DNA of 64,000 nt from Eutreptiella sp. 'Long Island Sound 2002' (lineage: Eukaryota; Protista; Euglenida): contig OZ038378.1 of assembly GCA_964036045.1 (NCBI GenBank), forward strand, positions 84,940,001-85,004,000. Direction: 5' to 3'. This document shows, in pieces, positions 12,660 through 24,600 of this stretch. The notes under the pieces were generated by a model that saw nothing but the letters and a program-made list of their open reading frames with translations, had not been told where the DNA came from and did no database searches. Position 1 is the stretch's first letter; every line of letters starts with the position of its first letter. The position numbers and the translations under genes were made by a program.

Positions 12660-15600
12660 GTGTGGCCTTTGCGACCTGCATTGTGGGCATAACCCACTTC
12701 CCATGACCTAGACAGCGTGGCATCAAGTTCGAGGGGTGGCTAAGGATGTCAGCAGGGCTCAAGCCATCCGAAATCAGCTTTGGAGACACAACCCCTGTGC
12801 ACCCTGTCGCTTGTGGTGAAGTGAGTGATGTACCGCACGGCCTATACTGGCGGTGTAGGCTGGGTCTCCACGATTGTGAAACATTGGCTTTCCCTGGCCA
12901 ATTTTCTCAGGGCGGGTGGCAGGAGGATTTACGACACGTCCGTGACGATGGTGACGACCAAGGGCAGTAACATCCTGAACCTCAGTGTCCCTGCCCCACT
13001 GCCCCATCCCTGTGGGGCAGGGATGGGGCCATGGACAAGCAGCCGCTTGGTGCGCGCACGCAGACAGGCAGACTGTTGGCCACTGTTCCAGAATTCTAGA
13101 CTGCACATTCCCCTCCAAGAAACGACTCAAACTCCAGCCCCACAGCACATGCCATGTGTACAGCAGCAAAGGACCACAAAAGGAGCACAGCGTCTTGAAG
13201 ACTGTCATTTCCATGTCATTTGCGCATTCCAGTGATTTCCATTGTTGTTCATCAGTGCTGAGGGACAATGTTGTGTGCCATCCCTCGGCATAACCGCTGG
13301 TCTGCGCAAGAATCACCCTGCAGAGGGTGTGAAATCTGCGGACTGCTGTTACTGGGAGCTGTCACTGCCGCCCCTTTGAAGGCGATGGGAGTGATCTGGA
13401 CAGGGGGTGGCAGGAACAAAATGTAGTGAGAGGCAGATGGACCATTTCTTATATGATACTGTGCGGCATAAAGCGTTATAGACTGAGCATGAGCCCACTG
13501 CAAAACAAAAATTGTACACCATATAAATACCTGTTGGTGGAAAGACGGGCAGAAGGTTTGGTCTAATTTGGGACTGGTCCACTGGCTCAAACGACCCAAA
13601 GCGCACCCGCGCATGCGTTTTTTCCGGATCCCGCCGACCCTGACCCACTGCCTTACCGATCTTCCTCTAGTCATTTTCGGATTTACCTCCAGTGCCACAT
13701 TGCCTCTCCCAAGCCCATCTTCTTTCTTCCCCCCTCCCGCCCACTTCACCATCCTCCAGGGGGCGTTCTCGTGGCGATGGACATCAGAACTGAGGTACAA
13801 AGGCACGGCATCAACCACACTGCTCCGATTTCGTGCATAGCCGTGGACCCCGCCGGACATTGGATTGCGTCCGCACAGCAGGGCAAGCTGGGCCTGATCA
13901 GGTGCGTGCTTGCGTGCGCGTTTGCGCAAGTGTGTGTGTTTTGACGTGCTGTGCTCCTCCCCGCTGTGCTGTGCCGTGCTGTGCCGTGCTGTGTGCTGTG
14001 CTGTGTCACAATGTGCCGTGCCGTGCCACGTGCATGTAGAAGAAGCCCAGTGTAGTACCAGAGCGGCCTGTGTTCGCCGAAACCCGTCGAGCTGTATGCT
14101 TTTTCCGCTTGCAGGCAAAAGAGGTTGGGTCTATGTGGACAATTTCGGAGGACATTCTCATGCCCCCTGTGGGAGCCCTATCCCGCGAGCACACAGAATG
14201 ACGAATTGAACGGACACAGTTGCCCCACGACTTTGATCATCACCAACCCCGGTGCGTGATCCCCCACCCCCAGCGGACGGTTGCCAAGTGACACCAAGGG
14301 GGCAGTGTTATCACCGTACACGAAAAGTGGATACCGAAGCACCAGTACCCTGCAGACACAACACCAAGAAGACACTTCACCAAAAGTGCATGCGCTGCGT
14401 TCCCTGGCCGTTGACAGGCAAATATAATGCTTTGGTTCTACAGAGCAGGGGCACTTGCACATGGTGCTTGGGTCCAGCTGGCGTGCCCCTGGTTCCTCTT
14501 TTACAGTCGGTAATTGCTGCGTTCATCAGTTGGAAACAATGCACGTTGTGTTGAGATTGAATTGGGGGCCATCCAGTGCCATGCTGAGGTGGGGGGTGGG
14601 GTCCAAGAAGGGTCACGATTGGGTTGTCACGCTGCACAAACACCATTGTCGGTGTGCGACAAGGCTGCAGAATTCCCTTGCACAAGGTCATGGTCATTTT
14701 TTCGGTTGGGGGAGGAGTGGATCTTTCAACCCCAGCCCCTCTACCACAGCATTGTTGGATGATTGATGTGGTTTGATGGCATTGCTGAAGGCGTTGACTG
14801 AACCAGGTCGTATGGTTGGTGCAAGAACATTCCTTCTGGCCCAACGAGTGGGGCGGATACCTCGGCTAGTGTTTGCGGCGAAGCATTCTGCACAGGAGGT
14901 TGGCTTGGTCTTAGTTCTGTTGCGTCTCAGAGCTGTCTGATTGTATTGCTCCAAGTCTGGAGTCTGGAGTCTTTCTCAGACAGCTTTACTTTTCACGGGA
15001 GACCAATCTCTGAGTTTAGGGAGAAGACAGTCATCTTCACACGACTGGGTAGAGCTTGACTTCGAACTGAGATGACTTGATGCTCTGCAGGCAGCACTCT
15101 CGTGATCCTCGAGACTTGAGACTTCTTCCTTGTCGGATTGGTGCCTCTCCACTGTCCACTTTGGGTAGTTTGGGTGTACTGGAGCTTTCTGTTGTATTTT
15201 TCCGAAACTACCCGTGGACACTGCTCAAGGACTTGTCAGACTGGTTGACGGAAAGGTCTGATTGGGTGTCAACACCGTGAGATGGCGGTGATTGAGATGC
15301 CACTGTCGAATTGTCAGATTCGCGAGCGGAATTGGTTGATTGTTTGCGGTCAGAAGGCGTTGGCAAATTTGGATTCGAAATGCTCGGTTGGCCTTGAATA
15401 GGTTTAACATTAGGTTGTTGGTGTGCTTCAGCTGGCATAGGATACTCTTGAACCGTGTTTGCTGCGTTTAAGCACAATGTTCTTCCCACTCCTACCGATC
15501 CTATCGAATTCTAACTCCAGCTCTCATTAAGGCGTGTGGAGTGTTGATTGTGGTGGGTGAGGCGTGCGAAGATATTAGGCATGAGTAGGGCTAGAGACCA

Positions 15601-18600
15601 ACGGGCGCAACGGGTCTGACCTGGCGTCCAGCACATCCCCTGCATTCAGGATATGGGACGCCGAGAAGCTCAAACCTGTGGCCATGCTCGCGGTGGGGGA
15701 GGTCACCAGTCTGACTTTCGCGGACAGCGGCCGTGTCCTGGCGTGCAGCGCCACGGCACGTGCCAAGCCCTTCAAGCAGACCCTCGCGTTGTGGGACTGT
15801 TCCAATGCCGCCACCGGGCAGGCATTCCCCCTGGTCACCCACAGTATGGACTGTCCAATGGCTCAGGTGGCGCCCCATTCCTGCTGCTCGGCTGCCGTGC
15901 AGTTGACGTTCTCTCACGCACACCCTCGCACACACCTCTGCAGTCACTCACGCACTCCGGACAGATGCTGCCAGAAGGCACCCTGGGCCTTGCCCAGCTG
16001 CCCCAACTACGGCCGTCAGGCCCCTTAGTGGCAATCCCTCACCCCCCAAAAAAAACAGTGAGTGTGGCTAAAACTGGCCTCCGATTTTAGGCACCTTCAA
16101 TAAATGTCAGTTCTTTCCTGAGGAAAGCTTTTTTTCTAATGTGGGTGTGTGGGTCAGGACCCTACATCACCCCTGTCTTGGGCTACTGATGGGTAACACT
16201 CTGTCCCACTGTCGCCCACCAAAACAGCTATTTCCCCAGTGGCTTGGGGCAAGCAATGCAGACCATTTCCTCATGAAAGCCCCCCCAGGACATCCGGAAG
16301 TACCGACCGGCACACTGAATGAGCCTTCATGGCAATCCCCCAGGCAGTCCTTAAGCAACGGCCTGACGGCCGTACCCTCAGGCGCCTGTGGGACCAAAAA
16401 AAAATTCGTCACTGTCATAACAGGAGACAATGTGCAGGTTCCTCAATCGCAGCTGCCTCTGCGGTGCCGTGCCCCAGGGGTCTCCTGGGGGATGCTCACG
16501 CACCCCGTAGTTGATGCGTTGCACACTAGCGGTTTGGATTTTGACCTGCTCACGCCTTCCTGATGACGCCAACCAGCGGCAGCAACGGACTGTTCTTGGC
16601 AGCTGCGGTGGTTGGCTGCACGCCGCCGTCATTCAGTGTGGGAGCCCACGTTACCCACTGGGGTCGGCTTACGTGACACCAGATGGGGCGCCACACACAG
16701 AGCGCTGCGTTGTGCATGATTCGTGCAGGGCCAGGCAGAGGTAGGCCGAGGACCCCACCCCCAGAAGGCGAACTACGCCCCCGACCAACGGGGCCCACGG
16801 AGTCCGCAACTCCCACAGCGCGCGCGCATACACACAGACGGCGTTTCCGCGTTTCTGCAGGGCCCGCTTGGACTACGAACTGATGGTTCTGCAGCGCAGT
16901 AGGATGGGAATGCTGAACCTCGCAGTTTAAGCATGATTGAAATGGATGGCTTGGTGCACCCATACACAGGCACACCTGGTGCTCCGTGGATGGGACCAGA
17001 GGGGAGGAGCTGTGGTGTCCTGGCAGCACTCTGTACGTATGGAGTTAGCGAGCCCCAGAAGGGGATGGCCACTGCAGGGCCACTGGACACGGAGCACATG
17101 GTTGCCTGCAGCTGGTAGGAATCTGGGGGATGTTCAACGTTGCAGTTTGAGCATGATTGAATGACGGTCTTGGCACACACACAGGCACGGCAACAAAGAA
17201 CAGCTCAACACTTTCGTCCGGCATAGCATTTAAATTTCGGTGTGGAGCATGTCTGAGGCATGTCTTTTCGGGGCTTGATTGGACTCCCAGACCCCTGATT
17301 GGAACCCTGAGGAAAAGTGTTTTTAGTAGGTGAGAGTGGGACAGTTGTGTCGCTGCTTACAAGTGCTGCCCCTGGGCGTCCCTCCCACTCACACGCCGGC
17401 CGTGCGTCACACAAAGTCGTTCCCAAGACAGTGAAGTGTGGGGAGTGCTCACTGCCACCACTGATGTGGTAAATGTAACAAAGGGCCAGGGGTCCCGGGT
17501 CACCCAGTGTTACACATCAGCGGTGCACAGCATGCTCAGGCATTTTGCCTGTTGTCCGGGGGTTTTCTGCTTGTGCAGTGTAGTTTGCTCCACCACGGCC
17601 CTTCGGTGGGTCGTAGGTGGTGAAAGGGGGGGGGGGTGGTCAGCCTGTTGCGGCGATTTGGGACCCGCAGTCAGGGCCTTTTGGCGCAGCAGCTTTACAT
17701 CGTTTTAAGGTGGCCATTTGTTCTGGTGTGCCACAGGGCTAGAGGGGAGTAAGCTCTGTGCATTCCTCCATATATGCAATTCCACGTTGTCTTGAGGCAA
17801 CCACCTCTTCTAGGGCGCCAAAGGGGTGGAATGTGTAAACCTACAACCGAATGAACCGTCTCAAGGCCGCCAGGACTGCAAACGGACCCTCAGGTATCTG
17901 TATCATATACTTTTTATACAAACCCATGGGTGTCAGCCCCCCAGCCCCCCCCCCCCGTCCGGACTCAACGCAAACCAGTGCATGCACCCTGAAGTACCAA
18001 CCGGCACAGTTACCCAGCCTTTGTAGCAACCCCCCCCCCCCCCCTCTGGACTCCCCGACCCCCTCTTGCGCCGCGGGTATTGTGGTCCACAACTACACTG
18101 AAAGGCCCCCCATGCTCGCTGCCTCAGTGAGATCTGACAGTGCCGTGTTGCTGGCCACAGGTCCTATTCACGCCTTACGAGGAGCAGAGGCTCGTCAGTT
18201 GCAGCACCGACAACATCCGGTTCCACCGAGAAAGAGATGGCCAAATCCGAACCTGCTCCTTGGCCAACTTGCAGAGCGTTCCCAAGACCGCCTTTCTGTG
18301 CATTGCTTTCGAGGCTGCCTATCCAACAAGGTCCATTGTTTGCCATGCCGTAGCCCTGACCACAGCGCTCACCACGGTAGGAGAGAATTGGAAGGGTGGA
18401 ATGGTTATTGGTATGTACCGGGGCACAGAATCCCCCCCCCCCCCCCCAGGGATGAAGAAGTTGATTGCGTCCACCACCCAGTTCGTGATCGCAGTGACAG
18501 TGCAGCAGAGGAGCAACATTTGCAAGAAGGGTCTAGAGGAAGCCCACACCGGAGTTAGGAAAAGACCACCGAAACAAGAAGAGCCTCAGAGGGAAGGGGA

Positions 18601-21600
18601 CAGGACAAAGAAAAGCAGCCAAGGAATGCAGGCGCAGTAGCAAGGGAAACAACTGCGGGCACGGGATCACAGGGCACAGGGGGGTGACCTAGAGGTGGGC
18701 CCGGGTGTGCAGTTGGTCGGCAGGGGAATGATTGAAAAAGTGGTGGACGGAAAGGCGCAGGTACTCCTAGTGGGAGGAGGGAGGAGAGTACGGGTGGGCA
18801 ACTGGAAGCTGAGAACAGATGTGGAGGTGGAGCCGGTGGAAGTCCTGCCACTGGATTTTGCGGTGGTCAGTCTGCGGGCCCAGTCAGGGGTCAGCCCCGG
18901 GGCAACAAAGGAGGAAGTCAAGGCGGCGTACAAGAAGATGGTTCTCAGATTCCACCCAGACAAAAACAAGAACATCCGGGAGAAAGCAACAGAGTTGTTC
19001 AAGCAGTTGAACACAGCATATGAGAACTGGAGGAGTAACGGGATACAAGCAGGGCAGGGAGGGAACAACTAATCTACCCCACAACCACACCACACAAACT
19101 TTCAGTTCAACCCGACATACTTCAGGTCGAATTTTTGCGGACAAAATGAGCCCCCACAGCGGGCCCAGCAACAAAGCAGAGAAGACGGAGGGGACCAAGG
19201 GTCGGAACAGATGTGGAGTTTGTGGCTGTGGGGAACACAAAAAAGTCGAACTGCAGAGCCACAGCCAACAGACGTGCCCCCACCGCAGGGATACAACACA
19301 ACTACGAGCAGACCACCGCCCTTTGGAGAGAAATTCAGGTGGTACACAGCAGACCTACTCAGGCTACAGGGGGACCGCATACTAAGGGAAAAGAGGAGAC
19401 GGGGGTGGACAGGAGACTACCCGAATGGAGGAACATGAATGTACCTCTTGGGACTAGACAGAGTCTACCAGTGCAGGTAGTGGCAGGCTGTGCGTGCGTA
19501 CCGGAGGAAAGGATATGGGCACCTGAAGTGTTTATTGTGGGAGAAGGGGTGCACCTCATAGTGGACGACTCAGTGAGACTCATGGCCCAACTAAACCACG
19601 CAAACATCATAGCAGCGGACCTAGGGTTGAGAACGTATGGACACTAACACACACAACAACACAGAATACCACACACCACAACAACCGCACAGGGGCATGG
19701 AGGTGTGGGGGAGACTAGAGAGTGGTGGGGCACTGGTGTTGGCGGCGACTGAACCACAGGTGATCCGGCAACGGAGGGCTTGGGTCACCAATGGCGGACG
19801 CAGCCCCGTTAGGACTTGGAGATTGGGACTGATTTGGTTTCCAGGGCAAACTGCGCTTGTCAAAAACGGTGCAGAGCGCAGAAGGAGGAGAAGGAAAGGA
19901 CAAAAGGGAAAGAATCATTGTGGTCATTAGAAGCCCCTGTCAGGAAAATTATCCTACATATGCACACCCCAGCGCGCACAAGTCATTGCTGGAGTCGGCA
20001 AACCTGGCATGCACTCGGAGTGTGCATCTGGATCACGGGGGGGGGGGGGTGCCGGGACCGGACCCTTTGCGCCGACTCCCTCCCCCCTCCCTGCCAGGTT
20101 TTGGCGTGGAAGTGCCGGACCATGGGCGCCAAAGGCGCCCTAAGGAAATTTTGCTTGACTTAGTAGAGGGTGAAAAAATGGGTTTTCACCCCATGTGTCT
20201 ATACTCAAAATACCCAGCTTTTTTAGGAGAACCCAATAGTGGATGAAAACCAAATTGTTCCAAATATGAATACCACCCCCGTGCAGAGGTATGTCAGAGA
20301 TGGGCCATACCCTAGTGGGTAAAGCAATGCCTCTGCAACTGGAAGGTCCCGGGTTTAAAACCCAGTGGGTTCGTTCTGCAGGGCTGTAGGCAGGATCAGG
20401 GACGCCAGGGGAAAATTTTTCTTTTTGCTTTTTTTTGCTTTTTTTTGCTTTGACTTTGTCCCCTTTGTTGGGGATCCCCGAGAATGCAGGGGTGATGTAG
20501 TAGGCCCACTTGTGGGCCCCACCAATTCTGATTCTGCCCCCCTTTCTTTGGGGATCCCCGAGAATGCAGGGGTGATGTAGCATTTCCGCCCACTTGTTTC
20601 AAAAAACTTTCTCTAACATACATGCTTCGAAGTGATTAGCGCGATGAGGCGGTCATCTTATGCCATATTTGTCAGGGTATGAAGCCTGCCCCCCCCCCTT
20701 TCTTGGCAGCCCCCCCCCCCCCCAGACCCCCCCCCCGCCCTGAATGTGGTCCGAGAGTGGGAAGGAGTCGGCGTATGGCCCGATGCTACGCCCCCCCCCC
20801 CCCCGTGATCTGGATGCACCTGGTCAACGGCACGGGCAACAGCCCGTCTCCGGGACAGCCGACCCTGGAGTAGTCAAACACGACATGTCATCCAGGGGCT
20901 CCGTTGACACAACCAAAACACGTTCAGACCCACAGAGGTCAGAATGAGCAGTGGCGAGAGGCCCATAGGCGCCGCCAAAGGCAAGCAACCTAATACCGAG
21001 GCCTTGTGCCAACCCCCCCCCCCCCACCCACCCACCCACCCATTTCCCCCCATTTCCGCCCATTCGTGGGGAATGGTAAAAGGAGGTGTTACGCCCCGAA
21101 CTTGTGTGTATCCAAAATGCTTGGAATGCAATGGGGAAGTCGAAAAATCCCCCCAACCTCGAAAAAATCTTTTGAACCCCCCCCTTCCACCCCACCCACC
21201 TCTGGACCCCCGTGCTCACACTGCAGGGGCTGGGATCCGGAGTTGAACTGAACACCTCCGCCCTGTGAACGCTCCACCAATGTGTGCAGCTTCCTCCGAG
21301 TGAGGGGGGGGGGGTGTGCCTGCACGGTACTCCTGCGCTCAGTGATGGAGAATCCACACATCTTCGGCGGCCGGAGACAGCTGAGTCCCGCACTTGAAAC
21401 GGCATGCGCGCGATGCAGCCATTGGCACAACGCGTGGCTTTCCAGCAGAAGTGGAGAGAGCATGTGGCAACTGTGAAGCTACTCAGTAATTTTGAGAAGG
21501 GGGCCTTCTTCGGCCCCTTTCTGAAATGTCCCCTGAGAGGCGTGTTTGGTGCCCCTTAGATTTTCTCAGACGCTGTGTCTTGTGACAGTGAACGTTGCTG

Positions 21601-24600
21601 CAAACCTCGACAGCTGTCGGTGCCTGGCTGAGGATTGTCAATGGCATAGGTCATGTCCGGTCAACAGTAACCCAAAGTGAGAAGCAGGGCGCAGCGGGGG
21701 GGGGCTGAATCATCAAAGCGGCGCCAGCTTTGCCGGTTGGTACTTCCGGTTTCAAGCCCCTGGTCTTGTTGTGTGGCAGCGTGCCTCAGGACTGTGTGCA
21801 GGTTAGCCATTGTGCCCTCTGAAGAGAGCCATCAATGTGGAGGCCAGGGGCAATATACGTGGGGTGTAGGAATGCCGGTTGGCACCCCCCTCTCCCAGGC
21901 GCAGCGACCATCTCATCCGTTGAGAGTCTTGTTTTGGGGTCTTTTCTCGCACTCCCGCCTTCATTCCCCCGCAACGCTCTCCTCTTTCCGTCCCGGCCCC
22001 TTGCAGCGACCCCGAGCCGCGGCACACCGTCTTCGTGGGGACTAGGGACGGCTGCGTGCATCGCATCGACTACGTCAGTCGCTGCATCACCGCCATGTAC
22101 CAGCTGCACCAGGACGCCGTGCGCTGCCTCAGCGTGACCAATGCGTTGTGCGTGACCGCCTCGGACGACCTCTACATGCGAGTCTGGCCCACAGGTCTGG
22201 CAGACCCCAGTGCGGGGGATTGGCGGAGCGTTCAACGCAGGGTGGGTCTTGCCTGCCCCTCCCTTTGTTGCCCTGCCCCACGGCCACACAGACCAGCGGT
22301 CCCCCGCCCCAACAACACTCCTCCTGTCTGGGCTCAAGACCTGGCGGTTGTACTGGCGGACCCAAAAGTTGGCAGGAGCTGCACAATCGGCCGGGGTTTG
22401 CCAGTGGCTGCATTGCAGGGCCCTGCATTTCTCTGCAGCGCGCCCACTGCGTCCAGCGCTTCCCCCTGCTGAGCTTAAGGCTGGTTGTACGACTCTCAGG
22501 TAACGACCTGGGGAGTGGTTGTGCAGTACCGCCACTGGGCAACCAGCGGGCCATGCAGTGAGAGGACGGTACATTCTGGATGGGCGGTGGGACAAGCAGC
22601 AAGGCAAAGCAGCATGAGGGCAAGGCTGGGGGTGAGCGACGAATCCCGTGCCTTTCATACGCGGGCGGTAGAGCCAAAGATGCGAGCCCCCCCCCCCCCC
22701 CCCTCCATCTCCTGCCTCTCACGCATCCCGCTCGCCCCCAATCCACTGCCCTGCCTTCGCTCCTCTCACACGGCACTGGGCTGATTAGTAAGACGACCAG
22801 AGAACAACTGGGCACCTACCACGAGCCCAGGCAGTCAGTGGTTTCAAGGGGAATGGTGATCTGCTCCCGCTTATTGCCAATAGCGATATCATCACTCAGC
22901 GATGACCGGCCTGTATGTGGGTCATAAGACTTGCAGGAGCGCAATTTCCAATGCCTCAGATTCTGGTAAGCACTCCTGCGTGGTGTACTCACCGCCCAAG
23001 GCGACTCACGCAACAGTTTCTGTTGGATGTTATGCCCCACTGCCCCTTGGAGAACTGTGGTGCACCATGCTGGTTTGACCTTCGGTATGGGCCACAAAGA
23101 CTGTACATTACATTGGCACCGAGCGATGCACCCCATGCACAGGACGCGTTCAGCAGAGGCCCCGGATGGTATTGACTTTGTGCTTCGGACTGTCCACCTG
23201 GGCCCACCCGCCGCTCTTGTTAGCTTGTTTTTGAGAGCGGTGGATCCAAAAGGGGGGGATTGGGTCACAATAAAACGTGACCAGAGAGTCACCATGGAGA
23301 GACCCATCTGCTTGCAGGGAGGGGGAACATTTGGGGTGGGGATGATTTCATGGGAAAATTTCAGTTTTCAGGAAGGTGGCGAAATTTTCCTGTGGCGAAA
23401 TTGAGGCGCAGACTTCCTTCTAGTGCGCATCCCAAAAATTTTTCTTGTGTGTCCTGTGTGTGTGTGTGTGCGTGTGTGAGCAGATTCTTTCAGATGTCCT
23501 GAATTAATGCTGCTTTCAGTGGCAAGTTGATGTGCAAACCTTTGTGACTCTGAACACAGCTTGAGACGGAGCCACTGGTTGGCTTCTCACTAGGTCTGAA
23601 AATGACACCTATGTAGCGGTCCACCCAACATACCTTGCAAAAAGCCCGACAAGTTTTGTCCGGCATGAGAACCACTTCGGGCAGGGTTTTTTGCCACGGC
23701 ACGCAACCGGACTAAAAGCATCCGGGCTCCTTATTGTGACAGATTGCAGCCCTCATGTGGTCCCAAACAAGAGCCTAAAAGTAGGGATCCCGTTTGGAGG
23801 TGGGTGGCACACCATGCCAACCGGCCCATTTCAGGGTGCATGGCTTGTATCCCCACCCTCCAGTTTTCACGGTCAGCCAGGAATAGCGCCATTTAGACCG
23901 GAGGGGGGGTGGGCTTGCGACCGTGTTTTCGCCCGCCTTAGGCTCTGGCAAGGCCTTCCTTGAGTGCTTGAGACGGAGCCACTGTTTTGGGATTTCCAAG
24001 GTTGGCGAAATTTCTTCCTTCCCAAATTTTCCCAGGTGAAATAATCCCCGTACAGTATTTTCCCCCGCCCTTTGCTGTCCTGAAAGAGGTGCATATTATG
24101 AAGACATTTCCATGGACGTTTGTAGGGAGCGGCATGTAGGATTTTGGCTATTTGGTAGGAGCTTTTTGGATCTACATGGCACAGCCTGGACCTTCTGCTG
24201 GTGTGCATGCGGAGAATTGGGCCATTTCCCAGTGGAATGGCCTAAAAGGTGCGCGCCATGCCCAGGCGTGCACATGAGCCCTCCTCAGGCTGATCCGGTG
24301 GTTTGCTGACAGCTGTGTGTTTTGGAAATGGTACATGGGGAGCTGTTTCTTTCCTTGTCACGTGAATGCACCCTTGAACATTATTTGTCCCGACCGGTCT
24401 CCCTTTTGGAGAATGTTAAGGCTGACAGATCCCCCCCCCCCCTCTCTTGTGGCGGAACGAGCTGTGGGGCTTTGGCTCAGCATGCGTTTTCCAGTGAGTG
24501 TGCTCTTCATTTCAGATTTCTCGGACTATTTCGTGGAAGCGCAGCACGACAGCGCCATCGTGTCCGTCAGTTTGGCCGCCGACGGGTCTCACGCCGTTGC

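Noticed and set aside
14116-14209. Extra exon after a good acceptor (ttttccgcttgcAG)
   Set aside because: The flanking exons already join perfectly (GLIR|IWDAE), and this segment has no WD similarity.
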